Of a stretch of 64,000 bases of DNA, positions 48,309 to 61,371 are shown in pieces (within the stretch, counting starts at the first letter, position 1; each line of letters starts with the position of its first letter). The stretch comes from Oopsacas minuta (lineage: Eukaryota > Animalia > Porifera): positions 163,234 through 227,233 of the forward strand of contig JAKMXF010000338.1 in assembly GCA_024704765.1 (NCBI GenBank), given 5' to 3'. Below the pieces are notes generated by a model. The model saw only the letters and a list, made by a program, of their open reading frames with translations, was not told the DNA's origin and ran no database searches. Both the position numbers and the translations under genes were made by a program.

Positions 48309-51059
48309 ATAGGCGCACCCCTGAGACAATCTTTTGAGGTGGGAAGACCGATGTTCTTCTTATTACATTTTCTGCCTGATCATTTGGCTACAGAGAGATC
48401 TTCACATCAATTTTGGCTAATATGATCTTCTATGACTATTCTGACCAAGCTTGAACAGCCAAGACCGAATGTTGCCCAAATGTAGACTTAGGTGTGGTCA
48501 TGATGCACAATTATATACAAATCGGCCATACGCCGTGCATATTTGTGGCTCATTGTATAGTTGCTAATTGGCTTATTAAATTTCTTAAAGGTGCCAACAG
48601 CGGGGGCCTTCGGAATTGTCGCGGATCTCCCCCTCTCATCGGCGTAAGAAGAATTCGGAAACAATTAGGCATAAATATTCCTGGTACATTTTGTATTATT
48701 TGGTCCCGTATCGCCATACAACTTGAGATATAATAAAATATTGCGTTGTACCACTTTTGAAATGGATGTGCCGCACTTGAAAATAATGTAGTTATCAAAA
48801 TGCCTCAGATATTGTTTGCTAGTGTGGGGAGCTAAGCCCTCCAAATAGTGTTGCTAAACTGTGAATTGTTCAAAGCCGGACACACCAACTTGTATATTCC
48901 GAAATATCAGTATAAATTTCCCTTTTAAAGAAGTTATTTGTTGCCTCCTTTATGTCAAAAGGTACTGAATTTTGAGCCCATTATAACGAAGTCCGTTCAT
49001 TACAACTCCAGTTGAACCTTTTACGAACTTGGCCTTAAGTTTCTAATAGTAATTAACAAACAATGTGCATTTAACGTAAATCTGAGAGTCATTTAATTAT
49101 CTTGTTAACTATCAACCGCAAGTTGTAAGATTTGGTATTATCAACCGTAGTTTTCAGGCCTATCAGATTGTATCATTAATTTGTCGTATATATACAGTAT
49201 GTCCCGAAAGTCTCTTCCTATAGTAATTTTAGATATAATAGACTAACAAAACTTGATTAATTGAATTCAAATATTCTGAACTCGATTTATTGAATATTCA
49301 AACAATTGTGAATACATTAGATCAAGTGATATAGGCTTATCAACTACAGAGACTTCTTTAGCAGCATTTATTTGATCTCGAATATTCCTTCTCAAAATAA
49401 TGTCCGAATCGTTACATTCCTCTCAGAATTTATTTCGTGCAACGGCTATTGGAATGTTAGAGGCCGGAGTTACGCAGAAACAGTTGTCCCAAGCCCTTGG
49501 AAGGACCACACAGACCATCAGCAATTGGTGGAAATGAAATAAATTGGACCAGAGTCTCAGCGATAAACCGAGGTCAGGAAGGCCTTTATCGCTCACAAGG
49601 ACAGCGAAAATAGTTATTTCCAAATCTGTTGGTAAGAGGCACCAATCTACACGAAAATTGGCAAAGAGACTAAACGTTCGTGGACACCCGATTTCCAAAT
49701 CAGCGGTGCATCGCTATTTGAGAGAAAATCTTGGTCTTAAGAGCTACAAACGGCCACATCAGCCAAAATTGGCCGATAAACAGAAAGATCATCGCCTAAA
49801 TTTCTGTAAACAAAGGCTATTTTGGTCGGCTGAGCAATGGAGCAATGTTATTTTCTCCGATGAAGCTCCGTTTTATCTATTTCAGCCTTCCAACCCACAA
49901 ACCGATTGCGTCTGGAGTTCCGATGCCAAAAATGTCCCGCGGTCCTCACTATTAAGTTTTCTTCTCATCTTGTGGTTTGGGGGGCTATGTCGGCGCGTGC
50001 TGTATCAGAATTACACATTCTGCCACCCAAATTCACTGTAAATGCCAAGTACTATGTTGATGAGATACTAACTTGACCTTGTCAAGATTCGTTTGCTCGC
50101 AAAAGATATACTGGTACAATTCTACGGCGAAGACTTTGCCAAAACATGTCCAATTCTGTTTTCCAACAGGATGGAGCTCCCGCTCATACATCAAAATTAA
50201 GTCAGCAGTGGTGCCAACTGAATCTTCCAAACTACTGGGCGAAAGAAGTGTGGCCAGGCAACTCTCCTGATTTATCTCCAATTAAGAACTTGTGGGCGTA
50301 TGTGAAAAATGAACTTTCTGAGCTACCACACAGTGGCACACCCCCTGGAAATTGGTCAAAATTTCAATCCGATATTTAGTTACCATTTAAAGTTCATTGG
50401 AAAGAGAAATATCCAATTACTTGAAATGTCTAAAATTGTTATGATCCAACATATAGTTTAGGAACAACTGGAATGTATATAAGCATTACAATTTCTTGCT
50501 CAGAAATTATTCTTGAAAACCACAGATATTCATTTATATCAATGAACTTAAATTCCAGCATCTAAGCAACTAATACATTCCAAAGCCTTCATTCCATTGC
50601 ATTTTCGACTACTCTCTTATTATAGTGATTATATAAGCGGAGTTCAAATAATAAATCCTTAAAATAGCTCAAATATTTTGATAAATTTTTCTGTTGGATT
50701 TCTGTCGTCACTCAACTTCGAAGTCTCATAACTTCATCTGTCGCGTTCTGTCAAGTTGTCTCATGAGTTTTATAAGACAGCATTTTTAATTCTCTATAAA
50801 ATACAACAATTTCCAGGTTCCCGAAAATTCGCGCAAATATAGTTTCAATCACATGAACTTTTGAATTTATCTAATATTTTGAATAATTCTCTTTTCAAAA
50901 TTTATATAAATATTATGGTTGCTTAGCGATATAATCAAAGCGTGAAGTAATTTACATTTTTATGCTTGTGTTTACAAAATTCAGCTTGTAATTAATATAA
51001 ATAAATGTTACCATCACGTATTTTTACAAAGATTCCATTAAAAAATCAACACTCTTCTA

Positions 51060-52364
51060 CAGGGTTGGGCATAAGTTCTGCCACATTTTTAAATAACTAT
51101 ATTTTCCGATTGATATATTGTATTATGTTGAAATTCGGTATGTACTACTAAATATAGTATATAGATTCGCAGATACGTTAATTATTCGATGTATCCTCCT
51201 TTTCTTTCAATTACAGCCTTTAGTCTCTTAGGGAAGGCCTCTACAGCGGCACGGAGTATTTCTTGGGGTATTCTCTCCCATTCTCGACACAAAGACTTTT
51301 TCAGAGAGTCTATATTAGTGTGAGACTTCAAACATGCCCTCGTTTCCAAAATGGACCAGATAGAATAATCCATTGGATTTAAATCGGGGCTGTATGGTGG
51401 CCATTCTTCCTTTTGGATAAAATCTGGATTATTGCTTCGAAGCCAGGCCTGAGTGGCATTCGATGTGTGGGCTGGAGCACCATCTTGTTGGAACACGAAA
51501 GGTTTCCCAGAAAACATAGTTTTAGAGAGATCTTGTATTACAGGTTCTAAAATAAGCTCACGGTAGGTTCGGGTGTCGATTTTTACGCCAGCAGGCACGA
51601 ATATGAGTGGTGTCCGGCCAATTGATGATATTCTCGCCCAAACCATGACTGAATGTGGCTTTTGTATACGGCTGACATATCGAAGTTCTTCTGGGATAGA
51701 AGAAATTGAGGATGAGATAATGCGATCATTTTGAGGGTTCGTTGCTTCCTCAATGGTGAATAATTTCTCATCTGAGAACAGGAATGAATTGAGACCATGG
51801 ATCGCGTGCCTCTTAAGAAGTCCCTTGCTTCTCGATGCTCTTTTTGCCTTCACTAGGGTCATGGACTCTCTTTCTCTTGAAAGAGCGCATATGCAAGTCA
51901 TTTTTAACAACTCGTCCGATTGATCTACGTGAAACTCTTAGTTCTTTGGCCATTTTGCTCATTGACCGGCGGGGATTTCGGCGAATTCGTTGACGTACTA
52001 CTTTTTTAAGCCTTTGTGTCGTTACAGACCGTGGACGGCCAGATCTTGGTTTATCAGTAATCCCGCCAGTCACTTCATATCGCTCAATAGTTCGAGTAAT
52101 GAACTTCCTTCTGCTATTAGGGAATTTCAGAAGATTGAAGATTTCTGAAGGATTATTTCCTGCTTGAAATAATTCAATGATTTTCGACCTCTCTTGCTCC
52201 ATGACCAATTATCGCTTCAAAAGGCTAAGATAATATAAAATTTCAGGGAAAGAGTGAAAAATATATATTATAACAAAGTTTGAGCTAAATGACAGATACA
52301 AATAACTAATGGAATAATTTTTGGCTGGATTATAATATTGTGGCAGAACTTATGCCCAACCCTG
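51060..52364 (-). mobile_element. maT/DD37D element inserted in the Transib 5' region
   Basis: Perfect TIR CAGGGTTGGGCATAAGTTCTGCCAC with TA TSD. The empty site CTTC-TA-CTGTGA is present in copy 1 (~1445-1465, minus strand). FSDEK and QQDG-37aa-D. Confidence 0.96.
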
Positions 52365-52517
52365 TACTGTGAAAAAACGTTTCGTCAAAAGTTCCTTAAT
52401 TCTTAGATTTCAGAATGTATTTTATAAGCTTATAAAACAAACATGCATATATATATAATCTTACTTTTGCCCTGTGTTTACAATTTGTTAATAAATAATA
52501 TATTAATTATCTAGAAA

Positions 52518-54624
52518 ATGAACAAGCTTCAAGCTTTTCAGTTTTATTGTGAGCATAAATTACTTAGCACCCGTTCAATCGCAGACCAATTTATTTCAAC
52601 TCATGGTTTTGATCGAGATCAGCGAAATTTCTTTTGTCTGAAGTTCAATGATATTCAAAAAGAGAGAGCCTCCTTTCATAAATATTCGGACCTTGATACT
52701 TGGAATTCCATGTGCTTCTGTCCTCTACCATAGAAACCTAGGTTAAGTGCCTCTTCTTCATTAACCATTAACTTTGAAGGAGACTTTAATCTTTCAAAAA
52801 AGAAATCGCTCGCTGACTTAACGACCAAATGTTTGAGAAATCGGCTCTCTTCTCTTAAGTCTCACCTCGAATCAGTCGCTGAAAACGAGCATGTAACGCC
52901 AAAGACTCTTGCAACTTATCTCTTATTACTTTGTTGCAATGAGGAGTAGGACATGAATAGTGCCAATGTTTGTAAAGAGATACTCGAGAAGGGAAACTCA
53001 TCTCCTATCTACCCACAATTATCACTTGATAAATCTGCCTTTCTTTTCGATTCGCTTGAGATCGGTAAAACAAAGTATTTAGAACTTCGGCGTACGTTAC
53101 TATCTGAAGATCTCAAGTTACCAGGCTACAATAGTGTAGCTAAACATCGGGCTCAAATTATTTTGCTGGATGAGGTGCGTATAATTCATAGAGAATTTCC
53201 ATGTGGAGTAGGTATTACTTACACCAGACTACTCACGCATATAGTTGAACGAATTATATCTAACTTAAGTCCTGATAACCTTGTCTATCCGCTGAAAGTT
53301 CGAGTATCCGATGGCTTAGATGGATCTGGGTGTCATCGAGTTTACCAGCAAGCTATATCTAACCCTGACCTCTCGACTAAAACCTTCATTTTATTTGGTT
53401 TCAAAGTTAACTCAATCATAAATGCAAATGATCGTATCCTATGGAAACCTCATCATCCGAATTCGCCATTTTGCACTCGACCAGTTGCCCTCTTAGCCCT
53501 ACCAGAAAATGAAGAGAGTGTCAAGTTTTTGATGGACTCATTAATAAATAACGAAACTTCAACTATCGAAGAGAGTGGTTTGTGTTTACACAACGGAAAT
53601 GCAGAGGTCAAGATCATTAGATCTCATTTCGATACAAAGATGGCAAAAATCTTAAGCGGTGCTGGTGGTGCTAATTGTCAAATATGTACTGCAACGTTCC
53701 AACAGATACACGATATTAGCATAGTTCAAAATGGCTTTCCCATAAATAGGACTATCCGTGATGCACGTGATGTATTTGATGAGGTTGATGAGGAAGTATT
53801 TTTGTCTTTACCAACAAATCAAAGATTCAATTTAACACACAAACCGATCTCAGAAAAAGACATCATCTCAGCTTCTCCTCTACATGCATATTTGAGAACA
53901 TTTAGTTGGTTCCTATTATTGATTTGCCATTTACAGTGTGGTGCTATCCAAAAATGGTCACCAACTTCGCCAATAATCTTGGGGCCAAGAAATTTACTAC
54001 TAGCCTTATTGAAGAAAAACTTAGTATATCAATTGACACACCATCAGTCCAAGGAGGAACCACCACAACCGGAAATGTTGTTCGGAGATGCTTCACACGT
54101 AGCGATGATACTGTGCAAGATTTTCTCTATTGGGTGTTGACTGTTGTTCCTCAAGAGACACATCAAGTTGTCACTACAATCTTTAATAATTTGAGTGCTA
54201 TCCTGAGATTGTATAATAGCAACAGGAAAGTGGATACTGAAGGCCTTGATAATGTATGCCGAGAGACTTACGAATCCATTTTAACCAATTTTCATGGGGA
54301 CATGTAACCCCAACTTTACATAAACTTCTAGCCCATGCACCACAAATAATTGCAGATCATAACGATTGGTTTGGCTTAGAAGCTTTGTCTGAAGAAGGCC
54401 TTGAATCTTGCAATAAATTGGTCAGGCGATACCGTGAGAGACTCTCAAGAAAATTTAGCTTTGAAGACAACGTTAAAGATGTGTTCGTCAGGCTTATCTC
54501 TCAAAGTGATCCAATATTAGCATCATCTCTTAATATTACCAAAAACGATTCGGAGCCAGATCTATCTGAGTTAAAGAGCTGTCAAGATATTTTGGTGAAT
54601 TCTCTAATTACAAATACGTTATAG
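52518..54624 (+). pseudogene. RAG1-core-like transposase (~700 aa reconstructed; 2 stops, 2 frameshifts)
   Basis: NBD-like KKSLADLTTKCLRNRLSSLK; SDGLDGSG (D, 53319), SHFDTKM (D, 53631), CQIC, LHKLLAH, SEEGLESCNK (E, 54403), comparable to RAG1 D600/D708/E962 and the C727/C730/H937/H942 zinc site. Confidence 0.93.
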
Positions 54625-55928
54625 TTTGTAGTTCAATGAACGGTAGGTCATTTTAACAAGAAATTTCGTTTCATAAGTTGATAAAAATGTACACTAAATA
54701 GTGTTAATAATGTCAAAGCATAAAACATTCACTTTCTGAACATATAGCTCACAAATTGGCTTAACTAAAATCGACAAAAAAATCAAAATATTTTTGAATG
54801 TGACAATGACGTCATTACTTTCACACTCAAAGACTTAGAAAAATCTAGTTACGTCAATCGATTCCTTGGGTACGATTCCCCATATGTCAATCATATAGTT
54901 TAATACGTTATCTAGTACCCTAATACCTACTTCCAGGTTTTAGCCATTTCGTGCCACTGTGTACCAGCTGCTTCAAATTTAGACCTGCTGAAAAATCAAC
55001 TCACAAATGTGTGGGCTGACATCAGCCCTGACCTACTCAAGAGGTTGATTGATGGAATGCCAGCTAGGATGAGAAAGTGCGTAGATTTGATTGGCGATAA
55101 TATTGGAAAATAATGAAACCTATATTCCATTTCGTATGGGTGCTATGAATAATTTTCTGATAGGAAAATACTTTCGGGACATACTGTATATAGGTTTGAC
55201 TACCTTTATGTAAGAGCTTTGCGATTGTTATCAACAATATCATTAAAGTATATTACCTTTCTATTACATTGGTAGCTAACAGTTAAACAGATCCCTGGGA
55301 AGTCACCAGAAACTTGACAAGTTTATGTGCCCAAACACTTTGAAGAGGGCGATATTCGAGAGTATGGTTATGTTTGAGATTTGGGCATAAGCAAATGGAA
55401 GGGATCGTAACGAGTGGGCGCATCGGCTTCCGACCCTGTTGACACGAGAAGCGTTTGCAGTTTTTATGGACTTGGAAGAAGGCGAAACGAAAAGTTATGT
55501 AATATCAAAGCAAAATTGATCGAGTCATTTGGGCCCAGTGGAGGCCAATTCGGTGCTATGCAGAATTATTGGAAGAGACGACTTAGACTTGGTGGATCAC
55601 TGCATATGTACACATACAGCTCAGGGCCGTAACTAGGGGGCGCTGAGCCCTCAACCAAATTTAACCACCCCGTCAATTTTTGCTAAGCTATATTGATCTT
55701 TACTATCTTAGATCTTAAATATTAGTTTAATCAAGGAAGTCTTTGTGAATATGTCAAATTGTCTATACATTTAGTTATCTAATTCCTCTTGCAACTAAAT
55801 ATACTTAATTATATGGATCCTTTTACAGCGACTATTGAAATTATATTTTTTGTTGTTAAATGACCACAACATAAATTCCTTCCAGTTGATACATTTTAAG
55901 ATTACTAAGCGAAACTATAGAATGCCTG

Positions 55929-58133
55929 AGGCCTTAGTAACTAAAATAATTAGAATTTTGCTTAACTTTAACTGAAATTCTTAGAATTAGTCTAATTCTA
56001 AGAAAATATTTAGTGAGGTAAAGAGGAAACTTAACTTATACAGGGTGACAATTAAGTTCTGATACATAGTTCCAATAGATCTGATACGTTTCTAATACAT
56101 TATATTACCATTTCTATCATTTATATTCTAACATATATGTGTTCCTGTTATACTCAAACAGTAATCTAAATCTATACACGCATAAAATCAGAAATTTCAA
56201 CTTAGAAGTAAAGAGGTAAAAAATTATCTCATTATTTATGACCGGGGGCACACAGAGCGAGATTTTGAAAAGTCTGAAAAGTGAAAGATCAACAGATTAT
56301 TCATTTATCGTACTATTAAACGATATAACGATACCAAAAGTGTGGAAGACAAGCCTCGTTCTGGCCGACCGACTACAGTTCGTACGAGAGCACTAAGGGA
56401 AAAACTCCGCAGTAAAATCCGCCGAAATCCCAGGCGGTCAATCCGGAAGATGGCAAGGGAGTACTCTGTTAATCGCGAAACATTGCGAAAGGTGATACAT
56501 GAGGACTTGGGACATAAATCACTCAAACGGCAAACAGTTCATCATCTCACTCCCACTCTTCGGGTAAAAAGACTTGTAAGGTGCAAAAGGCTTCTGAGGC
56601 GCCTCGTAAATGAAGACTATGAGCACATATTGTTTTCGGACGAAAAGATTTTCACGGTAGAAGAAGCAACTAACCGTCAAAATGATGGAATTATTGCATC
56701 GTCATGCAAAGACATCCCTGAGAGCATTAAATTCATCGATCGAGTACAAAGACCGCTTTCTGTGATGGTTTGGGCTGGGGGCCCGTAGATTCTCGGACAA
56801 AATTGATTTTTGTCCCACAAGGGGTCAAAATTAACTCGCAAACATATAGAGAGTTGATTCTTGAGCCTGTAATCAAATCTGCTGGTTCATCCTTGTTCAA
56901 AAACACACCCTGGGTATTCCAGTAGGACTCTGCGCCAGCGCATGCCTCGAAAGCAACTCAATCCTGGCTTTTAGGTGAAACTATTAACTTTTTGTCCAAG
57001 GAAGAATGGCCTCCTTCAAGTCCGGATTTGAATCCACTTGACTATTCCATCTGGGGGACTTTACAGAGGAGAGTCTGCGCTACTCCGCATAGAAATTTGG
57101 AATCTCTGCGGAAGGCTTTGATTACAGAATGGGAGAAAATTCCGCAAGAAGAACTCGGTAAATCTGTCCAACGGTCTCAAGGACGACTTAAAGCTGTAGT
57201 AAAGGTAAAAAGCGGTTATATCGAATAGAATTGGATAGGAAGATTTATTATAATATGCTTTAACTGTCAGTGAAAATTTGGATTGAAAGAATGACAAGTT
57301 TAGGAAATAACAGAGTATATTCGTGTATCAGAACTTAATTGTCACCCTGTAATTTATTCAATTTTCTGTGAAATTATAATAAAATATGCATTTATTTACA
57401 AAGAAGATTGTTAATCGCTTAAGATAATATGTTTGACTATCATATCCACATGTTGTAATAACCGTAGTATAGAACTAGTCGAACTACATACCAACTAAAT
57501 TTAGATACTATTTCTTGATATCACTCTGAATTGTATTATGACATCAATAAATGGATTTATATAATTAGATCTCATATGTTTTGAAACATAATTAGTGTTG
57601 TATCTAAACTAAGGTAAATAAAGTCATTGACATTTGAGTGACCTCCTGCAAAAATATACGCAATTTATGCAATTTTATCCATTTACATATATTATCATCT
57701 TTAGTTATAAATATAAATAATAATAAAATGGAAATTAATTATGATAGTATGTTAAAATTGTTCGCATTATCACCACTGAACAATCGAAAACTCGTTCAAA
57801 GAATTTTACTCAGGAGGAGATTATGTCACTCGTGGATTTCATTCATGATATATCAAGAATACAGGTATAAGCATTATTTTTTCTACTATATGCGTATCTT
57901 CCCAAAATCGATTGAAGTCGAATGAATTGTCATAAATTTTATTAATCAACAGCAAGAATCAATCAAGTAGAATTACCCAATTCTAAGAATTATTCTTAGA
58001 ATCCGTTAAGTATAGCCAAGTTAAGAATTCATAATGAGAACTAAGAGTATTTAATTAATTCTTAGAATTATTCTTAGAAATACACTTTTAATTTAGTTGA
58101 GTATAGTTCTTAAAATTTTAGTTAATAAGGCCC
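55929..58133 (+). mobile_element. Non-autonomous Harbinger element
   Basis: TIR (A/G)GGCCTTA(G/T)TAACTAAAAT (17/19), flanks CTG / CAG, remnant RSKNFTQEE Myb start. Confidence 0.8.
56041..57349 (+). mobile_element. maT/DD37D element, disrupted transposase
   Basis: Perfect 25-bp TIR CAGGGTGACAATTAAGTTCTGATAC with TA TSD; FSDEK and SPDLNPLD. The empty site is visible in the Harbinger copy near 17865. Confidence 0.95.
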
Positions 58134-59249
58134 CAGAGTTGTCGGAATATTTATGAACTATGTAATTAAACCTTCCCCCGAAGTAGCTTGGGAGTTTGGG
58201 TGTGGGCCTACCCCAAAAATAGATATAAAAATCTTAAGAATCCAAGCCCCCCTAAAGCTTGCTTAGCCCCTCCTAACACTGCGCTCTGGCTACGACCCTG
58301 ATACAACTTGAAGAAGTTAGTAGATCCCGCACTTCCACGTGCAGATTATATTATTGAGGGAGCGATGTTATTTGCATCAATTTCTAAGGGTACGTCCTGA
58401 TACCTACGCTCGTCAAATCAGAGGTATTCTTGGGATAAATCCATTATGTGAAGCTGCGGCTGGAGTTCGTTTGCTTATTGGATGTTCGGACGAGGTTGCT
58501 TCTACAATGATTATTAAAGAAGTTGTGGGACAAATGAAGGATTTCAGACTTAAGAACTTGAACAGAAGATGTCTATATTACCTGATAATCTGGAATCTTT
58601 CTTCAGCATAGCGAGAGATACGTAATAGTAAAACTCTCATGTATACTTTAGCCAACGCAGTTGTACATTAACATTGTTTTTGTATATGTAACAAAGTGGA
58701 GCTATCATGGCCGAGCAGCCGGTGCAGTTTCGACGCTTATGTGGGGTAATGTTTCGTAATTGCATAATGGGATTCTGGTAATAATCAATTGGAACCCGCC
58801 AAGTCCATAGAGCATAAATTGTGTGATTGAGTTCTTGATCCATTTTCATGAATCGGTACCCTAACATACAGTTACTATATGGTTTCTTAATATTGTTTAC
58901 TCTATGACTGCATCCGAAAAATCTGAAAAAAATTGTCATTCGCTTTATGACTTCTTTGTTATCCCTGAAATAGCCCCCCTGCCCTAATACGTAAGGGTAG
59001 ACTCGCCTCTGGTTGTCTCAGAGGACCTCTTTCCGATATTACTTACTTAGAAACAGTTTTATGCGAATAAGCGAAACTCTTGCAAAGAAAGTCCCAATGT
59101 AACAACTCAAATTGTTTATTTTCCACCCTGGCAACATCCAGGAACAAACCAGATGTCACTCCAGACTAAACTACTGACTACAATAAAAATGGGGGGCTGG
59201 AATTCTAGTGTGTTCATTATTACATATACAATTCTGGTTAAGAATTTGT

Positions 59250-59880
59250 GAGGTTACCACAACGGCACATACGGAATTTTAGACATAGACATTTTCCGGA
59301 AATTATTCACGCCCTGTAAATATATATTCTACATCCATAGTGATATATGTTTATATAATGGCATACATAACTCTGCATATTTTAGTGTGTATATTTGGGA
59401 GTGTAGAACTTGTTTCCATATTTCCCCTGATAGAGGTAGGATATTCAATTTGTGTTGACACATAGTGTTCCAATCACATTGGGACCTCGTAATACGAACA
59501 CCAACGGAAGGTCAAATATCATTCGCCTTATCAAGAAACCGGAATTGTTGTTATCGAAGTAATAGCAATTCTATATCGATTGGATGGGCCTGATTATGTG
59601 CAATTATTGTTCGTCTTATCAGGAAATTCGTAATAATTGCATTCATAATAACAATGTTCCACTCTCTACCATTTATGGGCGTGAATGAATGTATATTCCG
59701 TAGGTATCCAAATTATTGTGTATGGATCTCATTTAGTGTGTATATTTGGGACTGTAGAGCTTGTTTCCATGTTTCTGGCGATAGAGGGATGGTATTTTGT
59801 TTGTCCTGACACTTATAATTCCAATTATTACCATTGATAGCGGATAAAAACTTTCGTAACGGGACATTTCGTTGCAGATT
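59250..59880 (-). pseudogene. Internally duplicated (~351-bp period) remnant, possibly a LINE ORF2 C-terminal region
   Basis: 59380-59475 repeats at 59730-59825. The minus frame gives two PLS.E.WKQ.L.SQIYTL units, weakly reminiscent of L1/Tx1 zf-RVT. Confidence 0.3.
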
Positions 59881-60017
59881 ATATTGTGACAAATACTACA
59901 TTATACCTTTCTACAAATTCACCTACCAAGTCATAACCTTTTGGAATTCATTCTAATTTAAGAATTAATCTGAAAGTCTGTTGGGCATACGTGCTTCAAG
60001 TCTTTAAGTCCAAATTA

Positions 60018-61371
60018 CAGTATGTCACACAATTATTGGCATTGATTTTAACTATCGATTACGTCTACCCTGTAAATATTCATTATTTTGAACTTTATTA
60101 TATCAATATACTGATGAATAAGAAAGATGTATATGTGATCCCACAACTAATAAATTAATATCTAATTTTTCCACCGTTATTTTTCAAACAGAGTTTAATT
60201 CTTTTCTCCATTGAAAGGCAGAACGGCCTAATAAATTCAGGATTGAATGATTGCCATATCTCAATAATTCCCTTCAACTGTTCTACAGTTTTTGGTGCTC
60301 GCACCATCAGTCTTCTTTTGAGTATACGCCATAGATTTTCAATAGGAGCTAGATCAGGACTGTTGGGGGGCCAATCAATCCTGTGGGGTACAAATTGGGA
60401 CTTCCATGCTTTTGCCACCTTTCCTGTGTGCACTGGGCTATTGTCCTCTTGCAAAATCCAAACATTACCATAGAGAGCGTTAGCCTGCTCTATCAAGCAT
60501 TCGTTGAGAGTAGAAATATAACGCAATTGATTAAAGTTCTCTGTAAAAATACACAATGGCGTAGCCCCCATCAGATAAATGCCACCCCAAAGATGAACTT
60601 TGGATGGATGTCGATATGAAGGCAATTGAACTGGTTGACCTATCTTTGTCCACACTTTAACTGTTCCCGAATCGAGCCAGATTGAACATTCGTCCGTAGA
60701 AAATGTTTTTGACCAATCAAACCTTTTCATATCCATACACCAATTGACGCGCTTTTGGACCTGAAGGTCAGTAAATGCCGGAATTCAAATCACAGGGGAT
60801 TTTACGAAATTCTGTCTTTTAAGGTGACGATATACAGTACTTTTCCCGACATTTGATTGCAATCTGGTAGTCAACTGTCGTACAGACATCCTTGCACTCG
60901 ATTTTAATAGAATGGATATCCTTCTCTTGTCGTTTGGTGGAATTTTCGTTGGTGGACCAGCTCCCTTTTTGTGAAAAAGACATTTGTCTTTTTTTATCAG
61001 CCTAATAACTCGAAACACAGTTCTGACGGGAACACCAATACGCGAGGATATATCTTTAGCGTTGGTAATTCCCGCATTGTAAAGGGTTTGAATTTCCATT
61101 TGACGTTGTTGTTGGGTTTTCAGACCAGCCATGAATAATCACAATAATGGAATGCTAGCAAAAATACAACATAATTTGTGAAACGAATTGTGTAATCTCT
61201 AATAGGTAGTGTTGAAATCAAGGGAGTCTAAACAAAATCAATAATATATTGTATGTTTCTAATATATTCTGCTGTACATTTCGAACTGGACTACTAAAAT
61301 ATCAAAAAATGGTTGGATAATATTAATTGATAACAAATCGAGATTACTGCCAACAATTATGGGACGAACTG
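60018..61371 (-). mobile_element. Tc1 DD34E element, disrupted
   Basis: Degenerate TIR CAGT..GTC.CA.AATT.TTGGCA with TA flanks; STDEC and QEDNSPVH-34aa-E. Confidence 0.92.

Larger units (their letters stand above)
50329..54961 (+). mobile_element. Transib/RAG1-like transposon family 1, copy 2, complete with TSD
   Basis: Ends CACAGTGGCAC...GTGCCACTGTG; perfect 5-bp TSD TACCA (50324-50328 and 54962-54966). Confidence 0.97.
49195..55186 (+). mobile_element. Tc1-like DD37E element split by the Transib insertion
   Basis: TIR CAGTATGTCCCGAAAGT with TA flanks. The transposase reads ...VKNELSELP | AASNLDLLKNQL...IGK* across the insertion. Confidence 0.93.
55622..58300. mobile_element. hAT-type MITE hosting nested Harbinger and maT insertions
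   Basis: TIR CAGGGCCGTAACTAG / CAGGGTCGTAGCCAG; 8-bp TSD ATACAGCT / ATACAACT (7/8). Confidence 0.85.

Noticed and set aside
54625-54961. RAG2-like gene paired with the RAG1-like transposase (ProtoRAG arrangement)
   Set aside because: Only ~340 bp (family 1) and ~300 bp (family 2) lie between stop and TIR. No kelch or PHD ORF is seen on either strand within the elements.
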